A stretch of 51,609 bases of DNA from a virus (IMGVR_UViG_3300005805_000120:1-51609); one strand, 5' to 3'. Numbered from the stretch's first letter, positions 19,880-28,591 are shown. Notes: generated by a model not told the origin, from the sequence alone. Made by a program: numbers and translations.

Positions 19880-20137
19880 ATGAAACTTACGCAAGAACAA
19901 AAAGATTCAATCAGATCTGAACTATTTGCAAAAGTCAAGAATGCCGATGTGCGCTCAAAAATTCTGACCACTGCTTACGGTTATGCAGAGGAAAATGGAA
20001 AAGATGGAGACATTGAATCAATGGTTCTCTACCTTATGGACAACCAAGACAAAGTCAATGAACTGTTTAACGAATATGGGATGTCTATGCCGTACACATC
20101 CGAAGTAGAGCAAGTAACCAAAAAAGATAAAAAATAA
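19880..20137 (+). CDS. small partner of effector 4 (putative immunity protein)
   Basis: Starts 4 nt after the effector stop; 85 aa, helical. Confidence 0.5.
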   Translation: MKLTQEQKDSIRSELFAKVKNADVRSKILTTAYGYAEENGKDGDIESMVLYLMDNQDKVNELFNEYGMSMPYTSEVEQVTKKDKK

Positions 20138-21738
20138 TGGCAGAAGAAAAACCTAATATCGTTTCACGGGAACAGGCTCTTCGTGTCGCACGTATGCTCG
20201 GGTGCCAAGGAGCACATGAACACCCAAACGGTTGGATGCCGTGCGCCTCACATGAAGAGTATGAAGCAATTAAAAAAGGTAAAGAAGAATATCTGAAAGT
20301 TCTTGCCGCCAAGAAAAAGAAGCCTTTGCCAAAGATGGTTCAACGCACTAAGCGTTTGGAAACAAAATCTGATGCGTATTACGAGAACCGTGCCGACGCT
20401 TTATCCATTTCCAAGATTCGTGGTTGTGGTGGTGTTCGTACCGTCATGCTTGCAGGTAAAAGGTATTACACGCCTTGTGACCACAAACCTCGTAAAGGTT
20501 GGGAAAAACTTGACGAGAAACCTATTACAGGTATTGCAACTTTGCCTGGTGGTGGGCTTGTTACTGGTTCATTCTCGGGGAAAAACGCTGAAGACGATGT
20601 AGAGCAAAAGGGTTTTGTTAACTTTGTTAGCCGTTCAACAGACCCCGACACTTTTAGTGACCCTGATTCTGCTCGTATCCGTGCACGCAACCTTGGATGC
20701 ATCGGTATTCGCCGATATACAGCAAGGGATGGAAAACTTGTTTGGATGCCCTGCACAAATGTGTCTGACTACAACCGTGTCACAGGTATCCGAGGAGATA
20801 ACAGCCCTAGGAATAACCCAAGACGACAAGGTTCAGGATTTAAGAAAAAGGCTCTCGGTACGCCTATTGGCTCTTCATCCAGCGGAGGACAGCAGGCGAC
20901 CGATGGTGACGGCGACGGCTATGTTGCGTCAACACCTGGTGGTCCTGATGACACACCTGTAAGAAAAAGAAATCAAGCACCTGCTGTTCGCGGACAGATT
21001 GAGAAGGGGAACATTGACTTAAATAATCGCCCTGTAGTGCGGAATTCGGACGGGAGCATAAGCACTGTACGAAGTATCAGTATCACAGAAGGCAAAGTTA
21101 CTGTTTTGATTCCAACGGTAATCCGCGATAGGAAGGGTCGCGGGAAGGTGGTCAGCGACAGGGATGCGATTCGTCATTATCAAAGAAGCGGTGAGCATTT
21201 GGGAAAGTTTTCTAGTTCTGGTGACGCCGATAGGTATGCGGAACAATTACACAATCAACAGGCGGCGCAATACTCAGGAAAGTCTCTAACCGTAGAAAAA
21301 TCACTGAATACTCTCGTCGGGGGTATGAGCGAAGGTATCGTTTTGTTCAAAGGCGTACCCAAAGCCCGCAAGAAACCGCCAACAGTCACAAGCACAGATA
21401 TCAATAACCTTGCCGTTCGGGTGCGTCAACACAATGCCAAAGCCAAACCTACACAAAGGGCTAACCTGCGAGATCTCAAAAACGTATATCTACGAGGTCT
21501 TAAAGATGGCGATAAAACCTCAGCAAACAAGCGTGTTTCCAAGTTTTTGTCGCTTTTGATGTCCGACAAACCAAAAGATGTCAAATATTTTGATGACAAT
21601 GATTTGCTTCCGCTAGACCACCCATGGCGCAACCGCAAAACAAACAAGAAGCGAGCAGGATTTGACAATGGCGAATACGGAGTCAAGTACGCTGAAAAAT
21701 GTTGCCCACAAGTCGTAAAACGATATCGCGTAAAGTAA
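20137..21738 (+). CDS. multi-module head-associated protein with three GCxG...PC repeats (DUF3721-like)
   Basis: ARMLGCQGAH..WMPC; IRGCGGVR..YTPC; ARNLGCIGIR..WMPC; plus GNIDLNNRPVV and DNDLLPLDHP modules. Confidence 0.65.
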   Translation: MAEEKPNIVSREQALRVARMLGCQGAHEHPNGWMPCASHEEYEAIKKGKEEYLKVLAAKKKKPLPKMVQRTKRLETKSDAYYENRADALSISKIRGCGGVRTVMLAGKRYYTPCDHKPRKGWEKLDEKPITGIATLPGGGLVTGSFSGKNAEDDVEQKGFVNFVSRSTDPDTFSDPDSARIRARNLGCIGIRRYTARDGKLVWMPCTNVSDYNRVTGIRGDNSPRNNPRRQGSGFKKKALGTPIGSSSSGGQQATDGDGDGYVASTPGGPDDTPVRKRNQAPAVRGQIEKGNIDLNNRPVVRNSDGSISTVRSISITEGKVTVLIPTVIRDRKGRGKVVSDRDAIRHYQRSGEHLGKFSSSGDADRYAEQLHNQQAAQYSGKSLTVEKSLNTLVGGMSEGIVLFKGVPKARKKPPTVTSTDINNLAVRVRQHNAKAKPTQRANLRDLKNVYLRGLKDGDKTSANKRVSKFLSLLMSDKPKDVKYFDDNDLLPLDHPWRNRKTNKKRAGFDNGEYGVKYAEKCCPQVVKRYRVK

Positions 21739-21879
21739 CCCCAAGGGGGGGTTGCATTTCTGATACTACTTTGATGTTATTCTCGTAATACAGCAAATGT
21801 AACTGACTAGGTGCTTACCGAAGTCTTCGAAATAAAAAATAAGTAACCACCAACAATCAATTCACCAGGAGTGAAAATC

Positions 21880-23184
21880 ATGTCATTTGACAATAGTCGT
21901 TTAACTGAACTTCAAAGCGCAATGCGCGCCAAGATGGCAGAAAATAAGACAATCGCAGACAACTTCAAAATTGAAGATGGAACTGTGGTTGTTTCCGCAG
22001 AACAGAAGACAGCCTTCGATAAGAACATGGCTGACATCCGTGAAATCAAGGGTCTCGTTGAGAGCCTTGAGGCAATGCGAGATGCAGACAAGTGGGCTTC
22101 GGAGCCACAGGATTCTGTCGCACAGGCTTCCGCCTACGCAACTTCAGAATTGCAGAATGCACTTCAGCAAGTTCGTTCCAAGACCATCGGCGAAGCATTC
22201 CTTGCTTCGGCGGAGTTCAAGTCGTTGCTTGCCAGCGGGTCAGCAAACATGCCAGCACCATACAAGAGTGATTACAACGTGAAAGACTTGTACTCGGCAC
22301 TCCCAACTGGCACGCCTGGCTCGTTTGGAACCATCCAACGCGATGCAATGGTCATCCCTCCAATGCGTACCAAGCGTGTTCGTGACTTGTTCCCAAGCCG
22401 CACCACGACTGCCGCAATCATTGAGTACTTCCGCATGACGGGCTTCACCAACAACGCAGCAGCAGTCGCTGAGCGTTCGGGTGCCGCCTTCGCAGCCAAG
22501 CCACAGTCGTCCTTCACCTTCGTTGGTGAACAGGCTCCTGTTCGCACCTTGGCTCACTGGGAAGCCGCACACCGCAATGTTCTTGCTGATGAGCCACAGT
22601 TGCGCTCAATCATCGACAACGAGTTGATGTACGGTCTTCGCCTGCAGGAAGATGCACAAATCCTGAACGGTTCGGGAACTGGTGAGAACCTCACTGGTAT
22701 CTTGAACACCGCAGGTGTGCAGACTTACAACTGGTCGGATGGCACATACTCGGCAACTGCTGGTATGAGCGACACCAAGGCAGACGCAGTCCGCCGTGCC
22801 GCAACCCTTTCCTTCTTGGCTTACTACGAGCCATCGGGCATCGTTCTTAACCCGAACGATTGGGAAGACATCGAACTCAGCAAGGACGGCAACGGCGCTT
22901 ACGTCGTGGCGGTCTCTGTTGCGATGGGTGGCGAACAGCGTTTGTGGAGAATCCCAGTCGTGGATACCCCAGCAATTGCTGAAGGCACGGCACTTATTGG
23001 CGCATTCGGTACGGGAGCACAAATCTACGACCGTGAATCGCCAAGCATCCGAATCAGCGAACAGCACGCAGACTTCTTCGTGCGTAACGCAATCGTAATT
23101 CTTGCCGAGCAACGCCTCGCTCTCGCTGTGAAGCGACCAGAGTCGTTCGTGAAGGTAAGTTTTGATGCGGCTCCATCAGCCTAA
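21880..23184 (+). CDS. major capsid protein, HK97 fold
   Basis: N-terminal coiled-coil delta domain; EDAQILNGSGTGENLTGIL, IVLNPNDWEDIEL, RLWRIPVV, FVRNAIVILAEQRLALAVKRPESFV; AGGAG RBS. Confidence 0.95.
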   Translation: MSFDNSRLTELQSAMRAKMAENKTIADNFKIEDGTVVVSAEQKTAFDKNMADIREIKGLVESLEAMRDADKWASEPQDSVAQASAYATSELQNALQQVRSKTIGEAFLASAEFKSLLASGSANMPAPYKSDYNVKDLYSALPTGTPGSFGTIQRDAMVIPPMRTKRVRDLFPSRTTTAAIIEYFRMTGFTNNAAAVAERSGAAFAAKPQSSFTFVGEQAPVRTLAHWEAAHRNVLADEPQLRSIIDNELMYGLRLQEDAQILNGSGTGENLTGILNTAGVQTYNWSDGTYSATAGMSDTKADAVRRAATLSFLAYYEPSGIVLNPNDWEDIELSKDGNGAYVVAVSVAMGGEQRLWRIPVVDTPAIAEGTALIGAFGTGAQIYDRESPSIRISEQHADFFVRNAIVILAEQRLALAVKRPESFVKVSFDAAPSA

Positions 23185-23201
23185 TCACTGATTAATTCAT
23201 A

Positions 23202-23240
23202 AAGCCCCCGCTCCGACCGCAAGGTTAGGGCGGGGGTTTT
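23202..23240 (+). terminator. intrinsic terminator after the major capsid gene
   Basis: AGCCCCCGC...GCGGGGGTT stem followed by a T-tract. Confidence 0.85.
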
Positions 23241-23265
23241 GTGTTTTGTGGGATAATGAGGGACG

Positions 23266-24027
23266 ATGAAATTTTCTGACATTTTGACTGAGCAACAGGT
23301 TTCTGTTCGCATCAAAGAAGCAAAGCAATGTCCAAAAGCAACGCAGGACATTGCTGTCAATCTTGCTAACAGAGGCAAGGCAATCAAAACAGCAATGTAT
23401 GGTCCACTAAACCCTGCTGAGCCCAATACAAAATATTGGGATGAGTTGGCAAAAGAGTGGGATGTAAGTAGTAGTTCAGCAAAAAAACAATTGTGTGGCA
23501 ACTGTTCGCTTTTCATTCAAACTCCTTCTATGAAAGATTGCATCAATAAAGGTGTTACTGACGGAGAGCGTCAGGATGAATGGGAAGCAATTGATAGCGC
23601 TGGAGAACTTGGATATTGCGAAGCGTTTGATTTTAAGTGTGCTTCAAAAAGAACTTGTCGTGCGTGGGTTGCTGGTGGTCCGATTGTCAAGGAGAAGTCA
23701 GCGAAACCCTTACGAGACCCAAAAGGTGGTTTAACCGCCGCTGGTCGTGCGCATTTCAACAGAACTGAAGGGTCAAATCTTAAACCAGGCGTGAAAGGTC
23801 CTGCTGACACGCCTGAAAAGATGCGTCGCAAAGGCTCTTTCCTTACACGATTTTTTACCAACCCTTCAGGTCCTATGAAAGACGAAAAGGGACGCCCAAC
23901 ACGACTTGCTCTTTCAGCGGCAGCATGGGGAGAACCAGTCCCCCAAGACAGAGAAGCGGCGGCTCGTCTTGCCGAAAAAGGCAGACGATTGCTTGAACGA
24001 TACAAAAAATCCAAAGAAAAGGATTAA
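23266..24027 (+). CDS. two-module protein: Cys-rich domain plus DUF6321-like domain
   Basis: CGNC..YC..C..TCRAW; DPKGGLTAAGRAHFNR..KGSFLTRF..KGRPTRLALS. Confidence 0.6.
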   Translation: MKFSDILTEQQVSVRIKEAKQCPKATQDIAVNLANRGKAIKTAMYGPLNPAEPNTKYWDELAKEWDVSSSSAKKQLCGNCSLFIQTPSMKDCINKGVTDGERQDEWEAIDSAGELGYCEAFDFKCASKRTCRAWVAGGPIVKEKSAKPLRDPKGGLTAAGRAHFNRTEGSNLKPGVKGPADTPEKMRRKGSFLTRFFTNPSGPMKDEKGRPTRLALSAAAWGEPVPQDREAAARLAEKGRRLLERYKKSKEKD

Positions 24028-24029
24028 CA

Positions 24030-24437
24030 ATGCAAAGATTTTGGTATGGCGCAACAGTTCTCGGTGTTGTAGATGGTGACACCGTTGATTTAATGGTTGA
24101 CCTAGGTTTTAGTGTGCACCACAAAATTCGTGTCAGATTGTACGGAATCAATACACCCGAATCGCGGACAAAAGATTTGAAAGAAAAAGAACTCGGGTTG
24201 AAAGCAAAGAAGTTTGTTGAGGATTGGATTACGAATCATAAATGGGTTTTTGTAAACACCATTCCCGATAAGAACGACAAGTACGGTCGTGTTTTAGCAA
24301 GAATTTATTCTTCGGACAAAATTGATGACCCAAAAACAGCGTGTCTTAACATTGACATGATTGAGTCGGGAAACGCTAGAGAATATTATGGTGTCGGGGA
24401 CAAAACTTGGGCAGAGTTCAAAAAGGAAACAAAATAA
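24030..24437 (+). CDS. thermonuclease (SNase-like)
   Basis: VVDGDTV, RVRLYGINTPE, DKYGRVLA. Confidence 0.88.
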   Translation: MQRFWYGATVLGVVDGDTVDLMVDLGFSVHHKIRVRLYGINTPESRTKDLKEKELGLKAKKFVEDWITNHKWVFVNTIPDKNDKYGRVLARIYSSDKIDDPKTACLNIDMIESGNAREYYGVGDKTWAEFKKETK

Positions 24438-24785
24438 ATGGAAAACGAAAAATCAATTATAGAAATGTTGATGTCAAGGCTCCCAGTGAGGATTGTGAGC
24501 ATGGCAAAACCGATGATGCCCAATCTTCACCCTGAAGAAAAAGCGCTTGCGGATGCCTTGGTGCAAATTACTCAACGGTACGGGAAATTCAATCAGGACT
24601 ACACAGGAGTGTGGGCTGGATACGATGACCCATCGCAAAACGAAGTAGCAAAAATAGGTGTTAAATGCTCCAATTGTGTTCTGTATGAGGGGGGTTCTTC
24701 GTGCAAGATAATCTCACTTCCTGTAGCCCCTGAAGGAAAATGCAGATTTGCTGTTATCCCCGATGGGGTTGTAAAAGCAAAATAA
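24438..24785 (+). CDS. small protein with a HiPIP-like four-Cys domain
   Basis: Y...KCSNCVLY...CKII..VAPEGKCRF. Confidence 0.55.
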   Translation: MENEKSIIEMLMSRLPVRIVSMAKPMMPNLHPEEKALADALVQITQRYGKFNQDYTGVWAGYDDPSQNEVAKIGVKCSNCVLYEGGSSCKIISLPVAPEGKCRFAVIPDGVVKAK

Positions 24786-24788
24786 CCC

Positions 24789-25610
24789 ATGAGCAAAATT
24801 TTGTACAAGATACTTGGGACGCCAATCGGCGTTTTCTCATCTGGAAAAGTCCCTAAAGATGGCGATGGTGATGGAATGTTCACCCTCGGCGATGAAGACA
24901 ATGTCCCCATCGGTGCGGCTATTGAAATTGCACGAAAAATGGCGAGAGACAAAGTAAGAAATTTCATCAAAGATAATCCCGAAAGAGAAGAACGCATACG
25001 GAAAATTTTGGCAAAAGCAAAAGAGGGTGGTTTTAGCGTAAACAGAACCAAAAAAGACGATATTGTTACAGGAATTTCCATTGGTCGCAACAAGCATGGA
25101 ATCAAAAAACCGCAATCCGAAATGTTTGACGAACTTGGCAACCCGACTGACGAGGCTGTGAGGCTCGTAATGTCTTGGTTGACTTTTCACGGAGAAAAAA
25201 TATTTGATGAACCCCTAGAGGGAGCACGAGAAGTAGGGGTCGGAGGGTGGATAGAAGACGACTTGGTCTACTTTGACATTATTGATGTTTACGACAACAA
25301 TTCAGAAAATCAAGCAAAAGCAGTCGAACGAGGAAAGAAACAGAATCAGATAGGTGTAGCCGATCTTGACGAAATACAAAAAGCCTTGGAAACTGGTGAC
25401 TGGAGCAAAACCCTCATTAGGACAGGTGGAGATGGTGCGGAAACGATTGACACCAGTCTTTTTGAAGACCTGATGGAGGTATATAAGTCTATTCCAGAAG
25501 GCACAAATCTTGAAGTCACACTACCTCCACGAAAGACTGTGTCGGAAAAATTAGCGTCTTTAGAACATTTTCGTATAATGGTAGTCAATGGTTCAAGGGA
25601 CACAAAATGA
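24789..25610 (+). CDS. hypothetical protein with an LGTPIG...DGDGDG leader and a possible SAM-lyase-like domain
   Basis: Leader shared with the 20137 gene; GGFS..VGGW..VYFD..A..G..QNQ pattern. Confidence 0.55.
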   Translation: MSKILYKILGTPIGVFSSGKVPKDGDGDGMFTLGDEDNVPIGAAIEIARKMARDKVRNFIKDNPEREERIRKILAKAKEGGFSVNRTKKDDIVTGISIGRNKHGIKKPQSEMFDELGNPTDEAVRLVMSWLTFHGEKIFDEPLEGAREVGVGGWIEDDLVYFDIIDVYDNNSENQAKAVERGKKQNQIGVADLDEIQKALETGDWSKTLIRTGGDGAETIDTSLFEDLMEVYKSIPEGTNLEVTLPPRKTVSEKLASLEHFRIMVVNGSRDTK

Positions 25611-25756
25611 AAAAAACGACTGACAAAATTACTCACAGAGAAAAAAAACTTGATAGAAAGTATTTTTCTTTAACTCCCGAAGAGCAATATAAAAAAGTTG
25701 TTGAGATGCTGAAAGACTTAAGCCCCAACGAGGATGTTAGAAACCGCAAACAATAG
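25607..25756 (+). CDS. 49-aa ORF coupled to the upstream gene
   Basis: ATGA overlap; MKKTTDKITHREKKLDRKYFSLTPEEQY..., read from the sequence, below the ORF-track cutoff. Confidence 0.45.
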   Translation: MKKTTDKITHREKKLDRKYFSLTPEEQYKKVVEMLKDLSPNEDVRNRKQ

Positions 25757-25915
25757 TTACAGGTTTTTGGAGTTTTCTCGCTCAAGCCAATCTATTTGAC
25801 CACGCAGTTCTTCTATCTTGGCTCTCAATGCCTTGATTTCCTCTACCAGTTTTCGGCGGTCATCGTTGTACAAAGAGTTGAATTCGGTTTCCGCTAATGA
25901 TGTTTTTTCGAGCAT
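25757..25915 (-). CDS. small coiled-coil protein
   Basis: MLEKTSLAETEFNSLYNDDRRKLVEEIKALRAKIEELRGQ..., read from the sequence. Confidence 0.45.
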   Translation of the reverse strand: MLEKTSLAETEFNSLYNDDRRKLVEEIKALRAKIEELRGQIDWLERENSKNL

Positions 25916-25943
25916 TTACATACATTAGCCTTTGAACGAGGCG

Positions 25944-26201
25944 TTACTTGACAATATCCCCTACGGTTTTGATTGTCGCCCCAAGGGAGCCCCTAATATC
26001 CAAATTGGGTATATTGACTACGTCTTTTTTGACCACCGAGGAGTTGATTTTATTCAGTTCCTTCTGAAGTTGAACAATTTTTGCTTCAAGTTCTTCAATC
26101 TTTTTATTGGTTGATTCAACAAAATCCTCAAAGCGATTTTCGTGGTTTCCCTCACTGTAGTAATTAGACATTTTTACCCTCTTCGTTTTGTTTCTCGACA
26201 A
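25944..26201 (-). CDS. hypothetical coiled-coil protein
   Basis: ORF in the minus-strand operon; probable start at the second Met. Confidence 0.5.
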   Translation of the reverse strand: MSRNKTKRVKMSNYYSEGNHENRFEDFVESTNKKIEELEAKIVQLQKELNKINSSVVKKDVVNIPNLDIRGSLGATIKTVGDIVK

Positions 26202-26445
26202 TTTTCAATGCTCGTGCACATATTTTATCCCATTGTTCTGGGTGGTTGTCCTTGACCCATTTAATTGTCAACTGTGAACGCTTGTTGGCAACAATTTGAT
26301 GGAATCTTGCCTGTTCTTTACCAACACCTGTTTTTCGGTAGGCGCGCATATATTCCGCGGCGGCTTTTCTGCATTTAGGGCACCTACATTTTAGATTCGT
26401 ATAGGTTGCGTAAAGCCCGTGTACTATTTCGTCTGCCATGACCAA
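26164..26445 (-). CDS. small Zn-binding protein
   Basis: HG..TY..KCRCPKCR motif common in actinophage proteins. Confidence 0.6.
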   Translation of the reverse strand: MVMADEIVHGLYATYTNLKCRCPKCRKAAAEYMRAYRKTGVGKEQARFHQIVANKRSQLTIKWVKDNHPEQWDKICARALKIVEKQNEEGKNV

Positions 26446-27392
26446 CCATAAATTGTTTTGAGATGTGTTTTTGCCACATCGTCTCTTGTGGTGGAAACAC
26501 CCGAGTACCCACCCGCCAAAGCAAAAATTGCCTTGTGAGAACCGATGAACTCTGACACTATTTTCTCCCGTCCAAATATCACTTCGGTGTCTATCCCTCG
26601 GGAACCTATTGGGTCAATTCCCGCATTGTAGATAAAGATGGTTTTATCGGTGATGAAGAATTCGCTTAAGGCTAGCGCTTTGCTTACTTCAAGCAAATAA
26701 TCTTCACCTGCGCTAAGCACATGCAGATTTGCCCAAGTTTCACATCCATCAACATCATATGAATCAAAAGAGTTAGTTGATAAATCAATGTGCCGAATTG
26801 GCACAAAATTTGTGCCAAATAATTTGTCTTTGGTCTCTTGAACACCATTGAATGTTTTAAGAAAGTCCATAGTTCCACCACCGCAATGTGCGTCAAAGTC
26901 AAGAATGATGGGTTCAAGACCTTGTTGGTGTGCGTATATCGCCGATAGTGCTAGACCGTTGATTGTGCAGAAACCTGCGCCCTCGCTTCGTGAAGCGTGA
27001 TGTAAACCAGACGAAAGACTTCCGCTTCGTCCACCGTTAGTCAAGACTTCGTCAACAGAAGCAATCAACCCGTGAGTGTGCGCACGGGCAAATTTGTAGG
27101 TGTTGGGACACCACGAAAAACCTTGACTTTCGGAAAGATAACTATCATTGTTGGTTTTTAACGCCTCAACATATTTTGGCGTCAACCAACTATTGATAAG
27201 TTTTTCTGTTACCGAGATGTCGGTTGTCTTTTCGGGGTCAACTATTTCCACTTTCGGAATGTCTTTCATCATTCGAACCTTGGGTTGAGTTTCAAAATCT
27301 TCTTCAATCAAACGAATGATGTTGTCAGATTTCCGTGATGTATCAAAATTATGTTTGATACTTGTGTAATCCGTGTTCCAAAAAACTTTCAT
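26424..27392 (-). CDS. histone deacetylase (HDAC/AcuC) family Zn-dependent deacylase
   Basis: GLHHA..GAGFC..N, ILDFDAHCGGGT, YNAGID, LAGGY. Confidence 0.88.
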   Translation of the reverse strand: MKVFWNTDYTSIKHNFDTSRKSDNIIRLIEEDFETQPKVRMMKDIPKVEIVDPEKTTDISVTEKLINSWLTPKYVEALKTNNDSYLSESQGFSWCPNTYKFARAHTHGLIASVDEVLTNGGRSGSLSSGLHHASRSEGAGFCTINGLALSAIYAHQQGLEPIILDFDAHCGGGTMDFLKTFNGVQETKDKLFGTNFVPIRHIDLSTNSFDSYDVDGCETWANLHVLSAGEDYLLEVSKALALSEFFITDKTIFIYNAGIDPIGSRGIDTEVIFGREKIVSEFIGSHKAIFALAGGYSGVSTTRDDVAKTHLKTIYGWSWQTK

Positions 27393-27396
27393 TTGA

Positions 27397-27885
27397 TTAC
27401 CAACCCCTCACCGTGTATTCATTGCGTATGTCCTGAAGGGTGCTTCCCAATTTGAAATATTTGTCTAGATGTTCAACTATCAAAAGATTTGGTGCGAATG
27501 GTCGTTTTCCGACACCGAAATAGCCTGTTTCTTGGGGGTGATTTTTCTTCAGGGCAAGAAATGAAACAACTGGGTCATTACCGTTTGCTATTGCCACACC
27601 CCATGCTGTTGCTGTGGAACGAGAAATACCCGCATGGCAATGAACCAATAATTTCGGTACACCTGCACCGAATTCAATAAGTTCAACCACATTCTCATAT
27701 GACGGTCCGCCATGCTTGGATGATATGGTGTCACTAAATTGAACCACCTTATGAACGGGGTGTTTAAAGTCTCGGACTTCTTCTTGACGGGGTCCTGCCG
27801 TTAGGACTGCGTCGTATTCAAAACACTGTTCCCGTGCTTCCTCCAAATTTCTAACGGTCGGAAGCAGTATTAGCGATGTCTTCAT
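27397..27885 (-). CDS. protein tyrosine/dual-specificity phosphatase-like protein
   Basis: VHCHAGISRS (CX5R) P-loop, FSD acid loop, PN motif. Confidence 0.88.
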   Translation of the reverse strand: MKTSLILLPTVRNLEEAREQCFEYDAVLTAGPRQEEVRDFKHPVHKVVQFSDTISSKHGGPSYENVVELIEFGAGVPKLLVHCHAGISRSTATAWGVAIANGNDPVVSFLALKKNHPQETGYFGVGKRPFAPNLLIVEHLDKYFKLGSTLQDIRNEYTVRGW

Positions 27886-27934
27886 TTTTTTGTTCTCTTT
27901 TCCTAGTTTTAGTAGTTATGTTATTCGTACCGTA

Positions 27935-27963
27935 AGTGTAGCCCCTTCCATGGGGTTACGCAA
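27935..27963 (-). promoter_or_regulatory. sigma70-type promoter for the phosphatase-deacetylase operon
   Basis: TTGCGT-17 nt-TACACT on the minus strand. Confidence 0.55.
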
Positions 27964-28032
27964 CTTTGCCAAAACCCCATAAACACCCCAGAATATGAAG
28001 ATAAATTAAATAATAATTTCTTTTTTGGGGGG

Positions 28033-28061
28033 TTGTTTTATCCCGTCGGACTAGTTAGTAT
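28033..28061 (+). promoter_or_regulatory. possible sigma70-type promoter, divergent from the above
   Basis: TTGTTT-17 nt-TAGTAT. Confidence 0.35.
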
Positions 28062-28104
28062 CTCTCAATAAGAAATAAACCACTAGACAAAATAGGAGCC
28101 CATA

Positions 28105-28353
28105 ATGGCTACAACGACATATCAGCAACTCAAGAAGAAACTCGGCGTAAGCCGTGGTCGGAAACCTCTGCCCGCAGAAGAGCGTGCAAGGCGAGCGGAA
28201 CTTCGCAAGATTGAAGCAAAGCGTCGCAACGAGGCAAAGCGTCGAGCATCCTTTGTTCTGCAAACCCGATACAGCGAAGAATTCAATGAACTGTTCGCAG
28301 AAGAAATGAACGCAATGAAGTCAGAAAATAAGTTCGCACCCAAGACCAAGTAA
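28105..28353 (+). CDS. small basic protein, probably nucleic-acid binding
   Basis: AGGAG RBS; RGRKPLP and an Arg-rich helix. Confidence 0.7.
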   Translation: MATTTYQQLKKKLGVSRGRKPLPAEERARRAELRKIEAKRRNEAKRRASFVLQTRYSEEFNELFAEEMNAMKSENKFAPKTK

Positions 28354-28453
28354 TAAATTGGGGCAACATTTCTATGCCCCCCGCATAGAGGAATGACTAA
28401 GGAGCACCGAAAGGTGCTCCTTTTCCTTTTATAGCCAAGAGGTATCATTGGGT

Positions 28454-28591
28454 ATGAACACCTATCAAGACCCGTTCAACGAGTATCCACCTCACAGTCA
28501 CCAGCCCAACCCCAACCACGCCGAAACTTGCCAAGTATGTGGTGCGCTCATCATGGCGGACAGTGAAGAAGATGGGTTTGGATATGGCTGA
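28454..28591 (+). CDS. 45-aa ORF with CxxC
   Basis: TATCAT -10-like box 5 nt before the ATG; overlaps the next start. Confidence 0.35.
   Translation: MNTYQDPFNEYPPHSHQPNPNHAETCQVCGALIMADSEEDGFGYG

Noticed and set aside
21745-21790. TTGCAT...TATTCT promoter before the capsid gene
   Set aside because: The 20-nt spacer is too long; at best an extended -10, so not called
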